In this document: one piece after another, positions 1 to 9,372 of the stretch
How the letters are laid out: every line of letters starts with the position of its first letter
Numbering within the stretch: the stretch's first letter is position 1
NCBI GenBank assembly: GCA_023423695.1
Contig: JAFAFA010000079.1
Span: 60,293-124,292 of the forward strand
Source: Pseudomonadota bacterium
GTDB taxonomy: Bacteria > Pseudomonadota > Alphaproteobacteria > Azospirillales > Azospirillaceae
DNA length: 64,000 bases
Direction of reading: 5' to 3'
Position numbers and translations under genes: made by a program
The notes under the pieces: model-generated
The model's database searches: none
What the model saw: the letters and a program-made list of their open reading frames with translations, nothing else
Told to the model about the DNA's origin: nothing

Positions 1-801
1 GGAGGAGGCGTCGGGCGTGCAGGCTAGCGGGATGTGCCCCTCGCCCGCCAGGAGGCCGGAGGTGGGGTCCAGTCCGACCCAGCCGGCTCCGGGCAGGAAC
101 ACCTCGGTCCAGGCATGCAGGTCGGTGAAGTCGCTTTCCGGACCGGACGGGCCGTCCAGCGCCTTCTGGTCGGCGGTCAGCTGGATCAGGTAGCCGGAGA
201 CGAAGCGGGCGGCGAGGCCGAGATTGCGCAGGATCTGCACCAGCAGCCAGGCCGAATCGCGGCAGGACCCGGTGCGCTTGGTCAGCGTCTCCGCACAGGT
301 CTGGATGCCCGGCTCCATGCGGATGACGTAGCCGATGTCCTGCTGCAGCCGCTGGTTCACCGCGACCAGGAAGTCGATGGTCGGCGTCTTCTCGCGCGGG
401 ATGGCCTGGAGATAGGCGGTCAGCTCCGGCCCCGGATCCTCCGTCTCCAGATAGGGGCGCAGCTCGCGCTGCAGCCAGTCATCGTAGGTGAAGGGGATGT
501 GGCTCGCCTTCTCCTCCAAGAAGAAGTCGAAGGGGTTGATCGCGGCGATTTCGGCGACCAGATCGACTTCGACGATGAACTCGCGCGTCTTTTCCGGGAA
601 GACGAAGCGGGCCTGGAAGTTGGACTGCGGGTCCTGCTGCCAGTTCAGGAAATGCTGCTTCGGCGTGACCTTCAGCGAATAGCTGAGGATCGGCGTCCGG
701 CAATGGGGCGCCGGGCGCAGGCGGATGATCTGCGGGCCGAGGGACACCGGCCGGTCGTAGCGATAGATCGTCTTGTGATTCAGCGCGACGTGGATCGCCA
801 T
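1..801 (-). CDS. Transglutaminase-family protein, DUF2126 type (5' part; runs off the window start)
   Basis: Translated by hand (absent from the ORF track because there is no stop in the window): MAIHVALNHKTIYRYDRPVSLGPQIIRLRPAPHCRTPILSYSL... It has the transglutaminase triad motifs GSCRDSAWLL, LHAWTEV and GLDPTSG. Confidence 0.85.
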   Translation of the reverse strand, partial: MAIHVALNHKTIYRYDRPVSLGPQIIRLRPAPHCRTPILSYSLKVTPKQHFLNWQQDPQSNFQARFVFPEKTREFIVEVDLVAEIAAINPFDFFLEEKASHIPFTYDDWLQRELRPYLETEDPGPELTAYLQAIPREKTPTIDFLVAVNQRLQQDIGYVIRMEPGIQTCAETLTKRTGSCRDSAWLLVQILRNLGLAARFVSGYLIQLTADQKALDGPSGPESDFTDLHAWTEVFLPGAGWVGLDPTSGLLAGEGHIPLACTPDASS

Positions 802-1038
802 GGAATACCCCACCTCATGCCTGTTCGATGATGTTCGCGCCCCGGTTTGGTCCGGGGTCGCCATTGCAACGGTAACACCGATAAATCTGGCCCGACAGGG
901 CGGCCCGGCCCCGATCCTACCGCAGTTGCGAAAAAGTCATGAAGTTGCCCATGACGTGCGCTGCGGCTTTCTTCCGTTCGCGTTACACTTTATATCCTAA
1001 GAAAATGGGGTATCGCTGCGGCGGGGTCTCGCATCTGG

Positions 1039-1980
1039 ATGGTGTCGGTGGCGGCTTCTTCGATATCGGGCGGCAACCGTGGAGCGGGCGGCATGGGCGA
1101 CGCAGGCAATGGCGGCGCCGGACGGGGCGTCGTCACCGGGAAATACTTCAACTTCAAGCCGCTGCCTCCGCCGGCGGACATACTGGGCAACCCGCTGGTC
1201 GTGCCCAACCTGCCGACGCACAAGCTGCCGAAGGAGACGTTCGGCAGCCGGGTGAAGCGCTTCCTCGCCCGGATTAACCTGGGCAGCCAATCGGCGGAAA
1301 CCCGGCTGCGCTGGAAGCTGTACGATACCATCCAGGCGACCATGGCCTCGCTGTCGCCCGCCGTGACGCTGGTGGCGGAAAAGCGCGCGACGGTGAAGCA
1401 GAAGAAGCTGTCGGTTCCGGTCGTCGTCGTGCGCCATCCCTATCATCTGCGCCATGTGTTCGAGATGCTGCCGAACATCCCCGATGCGCTGGCGGCGGAG
1501 CGGCGGTTCATCGAACTGCTGATGACCCGCGCACTGAAGCGGTATGGCGAGCAGATGGCCTTGATGAAGGGCAGCGCCTTTTCCTTCGAGCATGAGGCGC
1601 GGGAGTATTTCTTCGCGGGCTTCAAACTGGAAAAACAGCTCAAGAAGGTCAACAATCCGGACGAAAAGTTCGCGGCGCTGCAGGCGATCCATACGAACTA
1701 TTTCCATGGCCGGAACTATTACTACTTCGCGCTGCTGAGGCGGGAGAAGCTGGCGCCGGACAACAAGCTGTTCATGCTGTTCGCCCGAGCGGTCTATTTC
1801 ATGGCGCGGATCGATTGGAACGGCGAGCTGTTGGAGAAGCCGAACCCGCGCGCGCTGCCCAGCCGCAACGACATGCTGTTTTTCGTGGAGCGTGACAAGT
1901 CGGTCGTGACGCGCTATCGCACCGACCAGGATTTCCAGCGTCAGGTCAAGGCCGTGCTGGAAGCCTTCCCTGCTTCGTGA
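1039..1980 (+). CDS. Hypothetical protein, ~300 aa, function unknown (start may be 1093)
   Basis: 313-aa ORF with coding-like G/C third positions and realistic Lys/Phe/Tyr-rich composition; no recognised motif. Confidence 0.75.
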   Translation: MVSVAASSISGGNRGAGGMGDAGNGGAGRGVVTGKYFNFKPLPPPADILGNPLVVPNLPTHKLPKETFGSRVKRFLARINLGSQSAETRLRWKLYDTIQATMASLSPAVTLVAEKRATVKQKKLSVPVVVVRHPYHLRHVFEMLPNIPDALAAERRFIELLMTRALKRYGEQMALMKGSAFSFEHEAREYFFAGFKLEKQLKKVNNPDEKFAALQAIHTNYFHGRNYYYFALLRREKLAPDNKLFMLFARAVYFMARIDWNGELLEKPNPRALPSRNDMLFFVERDKSVVTRYRTDQDFQRQVKAVLEAFPAS

Positions 1981-2014
1981 TGTCCTGCTTCGCCATTACC
2001 CAAGGTTTTCTGCC

Positions 2015-2860
2015 ATGCGTGCCCTGTCTCTGGTGAGCGGTCTTCTGGCTGCCGGCTCCATGCTCGCGGTTCTGGCGACGGCCCCGGCCTTGGCTGAGAC
2101 GCCTGTCCCGAACGCCGATGCACCGAACTGCGATGCCGCTAAGACGCCATCGGCGCAACTGCTCTGCCGAGACGCCCGACTGGTGGCGGCGGGCGAGGCG
2201 ATGGAGGCGGCGCTGGCGGCGTTGGGCGCAACCACCGACGCCACCGGACGGGCGGCGATCGAGGCCGGTCAGACCGTCTGGCGGGCGCGACGTGACGATG
2301 CCTGCCCGGTGACCGCCGCCGACCTTGAAGATGCCAAGGCGACCAAGTCGCGCACCGACTGCCTGCTGCGCGTCACCCGCCAGCGTACCGCGGCGCTGGA
2401 GTCGGAACGACAGGCGCGCTCCCGTCCGGTCGCCGACCTGCCTCTGGCCGTCACCGGAGCCGCGGCACCACGATTCGTGGCACCGCAGGCGACGGTTCCC
2501 CCGATCAACCGCAAGGCGACACTGTCGGCTCTGGCCGGACGCTGGGCCAAGGCCGACCCGAACGACCGCACCGCCATCGACGATTGCCGCAGCTCATATC
2601 TGGAGATCGGTGCCGACCGTACCCTGACCGCCGTCGATGCGCGGGTGCCGCAGTTTCCGCTGACCGGCCGCTTGCCGGCCGAGGGCGATCCGGTGCAGGA
2701 GGTGCCCGTGCACCCGCTGCCGCCTGCCGAAGGGGCTGCTGCTGCTGCGCCGCTGGCCGCCGTGCGTCTGCTGCCCGCCGACTCAGCGCGCTTCGACCGG
2801 CTGATCCTGCGCATGGCCGCACCTGCCACCTTCGCGGCAGAATTCGTCCGCTGCCGCTGA
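2015..2860 (+). CDS. Exported LprI/DUF1311-like protein
   Basis: N-terminal signal peptide; pattern PNCDAAKTPSAQLLCRDARL...QTVWRARRDDAC...DCLLRVTRQRTAAL resembles LprI-family Cys spacing. Confidence 0.65.
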   Translation: MRALSLVSGLLAAGSMLAVLATAPALAETPVPNADAPNCDAAKTPSAQLLCRDARLVAAGEAMEAALAALGATTDATGRAAIEAGQTVWRARRDDACPVTAADLEDAKATKSRTDCLLRVTRQRTAALESERQARSRPVADLPLAVTGAAAPRFVAPQATVPPINRKATLSALAGRWAKADPNDRTAIDDCRSSYLEIGADRTLTAVDARVPQFPLTGRLPAEGDPVQEVPVHPLPPAEGAAAAAPLAAVRLLPADSARFDRLILRMAAPATFAAEFVRCR

Positions 2861-2915
2861 CGTGTGTCGGTGCGAGCGGAAACGCTCGTACCGGCAATCC
2901 CGGCTGACATATCGT

Positions 2916-3695
2916 TCACACGGTGGGAATGGTACCGCCGTCGATGACGTATTCGGTACCGGTAATTGTTCCGGCCCGGTCGGAAGCGAGGAAAGCGATC
3001 AGGTTGGCGACATCTTCCGGTTTGGATGGCCTGCCGATGGGTATGCCGCCGAGCGAGTCCATGATGATCTGCTTGCCGCCTTCGTAATCAGTGCCGGCGT
3101 CCGTCGCGAGCCGCTCGGCCAACCGCACCGCCGCCTCGGTTTCGATCCAGCCGGGCGAAACGCGCACCACACGCACGCCCTGCGGCGAGACTTCCTTGGA
3201 GAGGCTCTTGCTGTAGGTCGAGAGCGCGGCCTTCGCGGCGGCATAGGCTGTCGTGGCCTCCGGCAACGGCAGCTCGCGCTGTATCGAGGTCACATGGATC
3301 ACCACGCCGTGACCCTGCGCCACCATCGCGGGCACGAGTTCGCGGTCGAGCCGGATGGCGGGCATCAGGTTGAGATCGAGTTCCTTGCGCCACACTGCGT
3401 CGCTCAGTGCCGCGAATCCGCCCGCCGGTGCGGAGGAGCCGCCCAGCATGTGCACGATGGCATCGACTCCACCCAGGCGTTCGCGCACTGCTGCGGCGAG
3501 CGTGGCGCACCCCTCCGCGGTCGTCAGGTCCGCGGAGACGAACATCTCCTCGTCCAGCGTATCAGGACGGGACCGTGCGGCGGTCAGCACACGGGCCCCC
3601 AGTTCGCGGAACAGCGCGACGGTGGCCGCACCGGCGCCGCGCGTGCCCGACGTGATGAGCGTTCGCTTGCCTTCGAGACTGATGAACGGGGTCAT
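2916..3695 (-). CDS. Short-chain dehydrogenase/reductase
   Basis: [22 protein letters not shown] (NAD-binding), catalytic [14 protein letters not shown]-terminal [11 protein letters not shown]. Confidence 0.92.
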   Translation of the reverse strand: MTPFISLEGKRTLITSGTRGAGAATVALFRELGARVLTAARSRPDTLDEEMFVSADLTTAEGCATLAAAVRERLGGVDAIVHMLGGSSAPAGGFAALSDAVWRKELDLNLMPAIRLDRELVPAMVAQGHGVVIHVTSIQRELPLPEATTAYAAAKAALSTYSKSLSKEVSPQGVRVVRVSPGWIETEAAVRLAERLATDAGTDYEGGKQIIMDSLGGIPIGRPSKPEDVANLIAFLASDRAGTITGTEYVIDGGTIPTV

Positions 3696-3801
3696 GGATC
3701 GTTCTTTCTGATCGGGATTGCACTGTCCCGCAAAGGTAAGCCTGGACGCCTGTTCCGATAACCGGGATAAAATGGGATGTGGAATATCGATAAACGGGAC
3801 A

Positions 3802-4716
3802 ATGAACAGGGCTGAACTGAACGATCTGGATGCGGTCATCGCCATCGCACGACGGGGTTCGTTCCGCGCCGCGGCGCTCGATCTGGGCATGTCGACGACC
3901 GCGCTCAGCAACGCCATCGGAAAACTCGAAGCCGGTCTCGGCGTCCGACTGTTCAACCGGACGACGCGCAGCGTCTCGCTCACCGATGCAGGGCGGGTGT
4001 TCGTCGAGCAGGTTGGCCCGGCGTTGCAGGATGTTCACGGTGCCCTGGAAGCCGTGCGGTCGCAGCAGACGATTCCGTCAGGCACGTTGCGCATCAATGC
4101 GTTCGCCACGGCGGCGCGCGAACTCCTCTCGCCGCTGGTGCTGGAGTTCCTGCGCCGCTATCCGGAGGTGCATGTCGACCTCGTCACCGAAGGGCGGCTG
4201 GTGGACATAGTCGCCGAAGGGTTCGACTTCGGTGTCCGGGTGGCCGACCTTGTCCCCAGCGACATGATCGCGATTTCCCTGGGGCGTCCGCAGCGATATG
4301 CCGTCGTCGGATCTCCGGCATATTTCGGGAAGCATGATCGGCCCTGCGTGCCGCCTGACCTGCTCAATCACCCGTGCATTCGTGTCCGCCTGCCGAACGG
4401 AGCCATTTTCCGGTGGCAATTCGAGAAGGACGGACAGCCGGCACACATCGATGTGGATGGACCGGTCACCCTGGACGAGGCCAGTCTGGCACGGATCGCC
4501 GCCCTGGAAGGCATTGGTCTCGGCTTCTTCATGGAACAGGACGTGAGGACCGACCTGGCGGCGGGCCATCTCGTTCGCGTGCTCGATGACTGGACGCCGC
4601 CGCGTGCCGGGCTCTGCCTCTACTATTCCGGACGGCGCAATCCCTCCGCGGCCTTCAGGGCCTTCATCGGCTTGGCCCGCGAACTCGGTGCAAAGGGCGG
4701 TTCTCTAGATTCGTGA
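3802..4716 (+). CDS. LysR-family transcriptional regulator
   Basis: [21 protein letters not shown]...[23 protein letters not shown]; divergent from the SDR. Confidence 0.93.
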   Translation: MNRAELNDLDAVIAIARRGSFRAAALDLGMSTTALSNAIGKLEAGLGVRLFNRTTRSVSLTDAGRVFVEQVGPALQDVHGALEAVRSQQTIPSGTLRINAFATAARELLSPLVLEFLRRYPEVHVDLVTEGRLVDIVAEGFDFGVRVADLVPSDMIAISLGRPQRYAVVGSPAYFGKHDRPCVPPDLLNHPCIRVRLPNGAIFRWQFEKDGQPAHIDVDGPVTLDEASLARIAALEGIGLGFFMEQDVRTDLAAGHLVRVLDDWTPPRAGLCLYYSGRRNPSAAFRAFIGLARELGAKGGSLDS

Positions 4717-5601
4717 TACGAGGAAGCGGACGGTCATCGACAGCCGCTCCCCCGCCGGCAGGGCGATGACGCCGGCATCCGGTTCCTGTGGACGGTTCAG
4801 CGCGTCGGTCATGTGGGTGACCGGCTCCAGGCACAGATAGGGCTCGCCGGGCGGGGCATAGACGATCAGGTGGCCGACCGGCCCGTCTGCCATCATGGTC
4901 AGGCGCAGCCGCTCCCGCGGGCGGTCGAGCGTCGCCGTGCCCGACCATCCCGTGAAGCCGTTGTCGAGCGCCATATGGTCTATGACCACGCCGTGCCGGA
5001 AATCCCAGGCGGCGGGCAGGGGGCGGCGGCGGGACGGCAGGATGGTGTCGTCATTGTCCCAGACGCCGCGAACATCGGCGGTGACGATGCTGCCGGGCGA
5101 CTTGGCGAGATAGGGATGCAGCCCCAGCCCGGCTGGCATGTCGCTGTCGGACTCGTTGATCAGGTCGAGGGTGACGGTCAGACCCTCGCCGTCGAGCGCC
5201 ACGGTCTGCATCGCACGGTAGCTCCAGGGCCAGTCGTCGGCGCGGTGGGCAAAGCCCATGCGGAGCGCATCGTCGGCCGCGGCCTCCACGGTCCAGGGAG
5301 TTGACCAGCCATGGCCGTGGATGCGGTGGGGCGATCCGGGATCGGTGGCGAGCACGACCTCCCGCCCCTGGAAGACGAAACGGCCGCCGCCGATGCGGTT
5401 GGAAAAGGGGACCAGCGGGAAGCAGGCCATGTCCGGGGCGAAATCGCCGGCCAGCGCACCATCAGAGGCGGGGCGGAAGAGATCGACCGGACCGCTGGGC
5501 GTCGACAGGCTCCAACTCGCCAGAGACCCGCCGATGTGCGGAGCCGCGGTGAGCGTCATGGCCCCGTGCCGCAACGCGATGATGGTGCCGGTCCGGATCA
5601 T
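4705..5601 (-). CDS. Aldose 1-epimerase family protein
   Basis: [27 protein letters not shown] and LCLEPVT motifs. Confidence 0.88.
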   Translation of the reverse strand: MIRTGTIIALRHGAMTLTAAPHIGGSLASWSLSTPSGPVDLFRPASDGALAGDFAPDMACFPLVPFSNRIGGGRFVFQGREVVLATDPGSPHRIHGHGWSTPWTVEAAADDALRMGFAHRADDWPWSYRAMQTVALDGEGLTVTLDLINESDSDMPAGLGLHPYLAKSPGSIVTADVRGVWDNDDTILPSRRRPLPAAWDFRHGVVIDHMALDNGFTGWSGTATLDRPRERLRLTMMADGPVGHLIVYAPPGEPYLCLEPVTHMTDALNRPQEPDAGVIALPAGERLSMTVRFLVSRI

Positions 5602-5853
5602 GCGTTTCCCCCATCGTCAGCGTCCCGGCTTTTATCGCACATGCGAAGACCGAAAGGAACGGCCGCCGCCGGTGGCGCAACGCTGACACAGTTTCTGTGT
5701 GTTTGACGAAAAATGTGGGTTTCGTACACCCCTCCTTTACCCTCCACCGGCGACGATGGGCGCAAACCGGGGTGCGTGCAGCCGCGGATGTCAACGCGGG
5801 GATCGCCCCGTTGTTGCCATCGACGGAAAGGCCATCCTCAGGAAAGGTCGGGA

Positions 5854-8511
5854 GTGTCCAGGTCACCGCTCAGCCGCGCGATGCTGCCGCCGCAGGCCGC
5901 CACGGGCTCGCTCGACGAGGCGGAACTGTGCGGCGCCCTGGCGGATTACCATGCGCTGCCGGCGCGGATGGTGATCGGCGTCGTGCTGCGTCCGTACCTG
6001 GACCCGCTGTGCCTGACGCCCACCGAACTGATCCATCTCGCCAAGCCGCTGAAATCCTGCCTGGACCAGGGGGCGCTGGTGGAATCCGCCATCACCAGGG
6101 TCGCCGCCGCGCAGGCCCGTGCGCCGGGGCAGGAGCAGTCGAAGCGCCGTCAGTCCATCCGTAGCGCGGTGGATGAGAGCTGGTCCAGGGCGCGCTCCGC
6201 CCAGGCCGCCTTTGCCGCCATGCCGCGCGGGCGCCGGCCGGTGGACTGGCTGCTGTCCCAGGGAACCGCAACGCCGACCGGCGACGCCGGGTACGACCTG
6301 CGGGTGGCGGTCGCCCTGGAGCTGACGGAGATCAAGAGCTGGGGCGGCAAGCTGGACCGGCTGCTGGAACTGCACCAGTGGGATCGGGACGAACGGCTGG
6401 CCGCTGCAGTCGACGGGGTGATCGGCGATGTTCTGGGCTCCGCCGCCGCGGGGGCGGAGCTGTTCGGCGCCAACCTGCTGCCCGGATCCCTGCTGTCCAC
6501 CCTGTGCGACATGCTGTTCGGCCGGATCGGCATGGAGGCCATGGGGCCGAATCGCATCGGCGTGCTGAACGCCCTGTTCCGGCAGGGCAAGCTTCCGATG
6601 GCGAAGGCCGCCGTGCTGGACCGCATCCGCCGGCAGTTGAAGGCGCCCCAGCCGCTGGGCCGCGGCGCCTTCGACCAGGAGGCGGAACTGCTGAAGACGC
6701 TGACCGGGCATCTGCTGACCCGCGACGGGCTGATCGGTGGAGCGGCGATGGCGGATGCTCTGACCGTGCGCTATTCGCGCCGGCTGGAACAGGGTGGGGC
6801 CAGTGCTTATCGCCGCTCCATCATCGGCCTCAGCGAAGGGCAGCCGGACCTGATCTGCCGCATCCATTATCTCACCCGCGTTGCCGCCACTCCCGCCGGG
6901 GCGCGCCATGCGGACGAGATCCTTGCCTCGCTGGACGCCGCGGTCGGCAACGAGCTGCTGATTGAGAACATGCTGGTGCAGACGCCGGACACGGCGCTGC
7001 TGGAGCGCGACTTCGCCCGCGCGCTGGCGGCCGTCCGCTCCGCTCCGCTTCCGGCGGATGCCTGCGAACGGATCGCCGCCCGTGCTGAACGTTCCGTCGA
7101 CGAGTATGTGAAGACCGGGCAGCTTGCCGCCCGGCTGAAGCAGGTTGAGCCGGTGCTGCGCCGCCGCACCATCCGGCTGGCGGAGGTCGCCTGCTCCGGA
7201 CTGATCCGCGAGGACGGCGCTCTGCCGCTGGTGCGGCAGCATATCCTGGAGATCGTGCGGCAACCGCAGTTCCAGGCAGAGATCGCCCAGCCCGACAGCG
7301 ACGTCGCCCAGGCCGAGGTGCGCCGGCTGCTGCATCTGCTCGACCGCCTGCGCCAGATGGCCACCGCTCCGGCTCCGCCGCCGGTGGCGATACCGGTGCC
7401 GGGTGCGCATCGGCCGCGTCCGCACAGTGTCGATACCGTCTGCAGTCCGGCCGCCGCCATTGCCGCCATGCCTGCCTCGGCTCGGGTGCCGGCGAATACG
7501 GTTCTGGTCGGCACGCCGACTGTTGCGAGCGCCCGGACGGCTTCGGAAGAGCTTTGCCCGAACTGCTATACTGCCCGGATGACGTCCAGTCCCTGCACCG
7601 GCTGCGGATTTCCGGCGAGGTTGGACAACCGGCCGGGGGTGCATCTGGCGCCCGGCACGCTTCTGCATGGCCGTTACCGTGCCGGGCGGGTGCTGGGGCA
7701 GGGCGGGTTCGGCGCCACCTATCTGGGCTGGGACGACCGGCTGCGGGTGAAGGTGGCGATCAAGGAATACTACCCCGCCAACTTGATCGCGCGGCTTCCC
7801 AACGCCGCCGCCGTTTCCCCCTTCTCCGACGAACATGCGGAGACGTTCGCCGTCGGCCTCGCCAAATTCCTGGAAGAGGCGCGGACGCTTGCCCGCCTGC
7901 GCGAGGTGCGCGAGATCGTCGGCGTCCAGGACTTCTTCGAGGAGAACGGCACCGCCTATCTGGTGATGGAGCTGCTGGAAGGCCGCACCATGAAGAAGTA
8001 TCTGGCCGATTGCGGCGGCCGGATCGACGTGAGGCGGACGCTGTCGGTGGTGACGCCCATCGCCAAGGCGCTGCAGGCCATCCACGAGCAGGGGCTGATC
8101 CACCGCGACGTCAGCCCGGACAACATCTTCCTGACCAATGGCGGCGACCGCAAGCTGCTGGACTTCGGCGCGGCCCGGCAGACGGCGCGGCCGGGGGCCG
8201 GTCTGACCGTCATCCTGAAGCCGGGCTATGCCCCGCCGGAGCAGTATTCGAACGAGGGGCGCCAGGGCGCCTGGTCGGACGTATATGCGCTGTGCGCCAC
8301 GATCTATCTGGCGCTGACCGGCCGCACCCCGCCGGACGCCACCGCCCGCTTCATGAACGACAAGGTATCGAGGCCGTCCGAACTGGGGGTGGCGCTGCCG
8401 CCGGGATTCGAGAAGGTGCTGATGTCCGGGCTGGCGATGCGCTGGCAGGACCGGCCGCAGTCGATGAAGGATCTGCTGCGCGCCATGACCACCGCATTGG
8501 CCGGCGGCTGA
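5854..8511 (+). CDS. Hanks-type Ser/Thr protein kinase with a long N-terminal helical region and zinc ribbon (start uncertain, 5713-5881)
   Basis: C-terminal kinase motifs GQGGFG, VAIKE, HRDVSPDN, DFG, GYAPPEQ and SDVYAL; preceded by CPNC-x9-CTGC; no obvious TM helix. Confidence 0.88.
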   Translation: MSRSPLSRAMLPPQAATGSLDEAELCGALADYHALPARMVIGVVLRPYLDPLCLTPTELIHLAKPLKSCLDQGALVESAITRVAAAQARAPGQEQSKRRQSIRSAVDESWSRARSAQAAFAAMPRGRRPVDWLLSQGTATPTGDAGYDLRVAVALELTEIKSWGGKLDRLLELHQWDRDERLAAAVDGVIGDVLGSAAAGAELFGANLLPGSLLSTLCDMLFGRIGMEAMGPNRIGVLNALFRQGKLPMAKAAVLDRIRRQLKAPQPLGRGAFDQEAELLKTLTGHLLTRDGLIGGAAMADALTVRYSRRLEQGGASAYRRSIIGLSEGQPDLICRIHYLTRVAATPAGARHADEILASLDAAVGNELLIENMLVQTPDTALLERDFARALAAVRSAPLPADACERIAARAERSVDEYVKTGQLAARLKQVEPVLRRRTIRLAEVACSGLIREDGALPLVRQHILEIVRQPQFQAEIAQPDSDVAQAEVRRLLHLLDRLRQMATAPAPPPVAIPVPGAHRPRPHSVDTVCSPAAAIAAMPASARVPANTVLVGTPTVASARTASEELCPNCYTARMTSSPCTGCGFPARLDNRPGVHLAPGTLLHGRYRAGRVLGQGGFGATYLGWDDRLRVKVAIKEYYPANLIARLPNAAAVSPFSDEHAETFAVGLAKFLEEARTLARLREVREIVGVQDFFEENGTAYLVMELLEGRTMKKYLADCGGRIDVRRTLSVVTPIAKALQAIHEQGLIHRDVSPDNIFLTNGGDRKLLDFGAARQTARPGAGLTVILKPGYAPPEQYSNEGRQGAWSDVYALCATIYLALTGRTPPDATARFMNDKVSRPSELGVALPPGFEKVLMSGLAMRWQDRPQSMKDLLRAMTTALAGG

Positions 8512-8562
8512 CAATGGCGTGACCGACAGTGGTGTGGCCGGCAGCGGCGTGATCCGGGCATG

Positions 8563-8589
8563 AAAAAGGGGACCGGCGCACCGGTCCCC
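8563..8589 (-). terminator. Intrinsic terminator after the cyclophilin gene
   Basis: GGGGACCGG-cgca-CCGGTCCCC hairpin with AAAAA on its left (U-run on the minus strand). Confidence 0.75.
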
Positions 8590-8615
8590 CGTTTCTGGTC
8601 CGCTGGAGCGATGCC

Positions 8616-9185
8616 TTACTTGGCGTCGGCAGCCACCTGCATCTTGATGATCTTGTCCGGGTCGGTGACCTGACCGTTGCGGGACTGGCTGCCCTTCTTG
8701 ATCATGTCGACGAACTCCATGCCTTCGACCACGCGGCCCCAGACCGTGTACTGGCGATCCAAGAAGTTCGACGGCGCGAAGCAGATGAAGAACTGGCTGT
8801 CGGCGCTGTCCGGATCCTGAGCGCGGGCCATCGACAGGGTCCCGCGGATGTGCGGGGCGCTGGAGAACTCGGCCTTCAGCTTCTTGCCGGAGCCGCCCAT
8901 GCCGGTGCCGGTCGGGTCGCCGGTCTGGGCCATGAAGCCGTCGATGACGCGGTGGAAGACGACGCCGTCGTAGAAGCCCTGGCGGGTCAGTTCCTTGATG
9001 CGGGCGACGTGGTTCGGCGCCAGGTCGGGCCGCAGTTCGATCACCACGCGACCATCCTTGAGGTCGAGGTAAATGGTGTTTTCCGGATCCAAGGCCTTCG
9101 CCTCCCCTTGCGAGACTGTAAAGAACGAGACAGTGAAGATTGTGGCGAACAAGGCCGCCAGCAACGCGCGGGTCCACCGCTTCAT
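8616..9185 (-). CDS. Cyclophilin-type peptidyl-prolyl isomerase, exported
   Basis: Signal peptide MKRWTRALLAALF...; FYDGVVFHRVIDGFMAQTGDP, SMARAQDPDSADSQFFI, LDRQYTVWGRV. Confidence 0.95.
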   Translation of the reverse strand: MKRWTRALLAALFATIFTVSFFTVSQGEAKALDPENTIYLDLKDGRVVIELRPDLAPNHVARIKELTRQGFYDGVVFHRVIDGFMAQTGDPTGTGMGGSGKKLKAEFSSAPHIRGTLSMARAQDPDSADSQFFICFAPSNFLDRQYTVWGRVVEGMEFVDMIKKGSQSRNGQVTDPDKIIKMQVAADAK

Positions 9186-9372
9186 GCGAAACACTCCGAT
9201 GAGCCGAAATCCGCACCCCGGACCATAGGGGAAAAGCGGGGGAATGCAAAGCCGCGCTGGCGGGGGGTGGCGATCCGCCAAAAGTCACGGATGACCGACG
9301 CTTGTCCGGGTGTTCATCGCAGCAAGGACATGGCAAGCCATTCGGATCGAAGGAGCGGGGAGGGGACGGCGG

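Noticed and set aside
34..831. 265-aa plus-strand ORF
   Set aside because: Antisense shadow of the minus-strand transglutaminase gene.
5863..9336. 1157-aa minus-strand ORF
   Set aside because: Shadow frame of the kinase and cyclophilin genes; no motifs, and long stop-free frames are expected in high-GC DNA.
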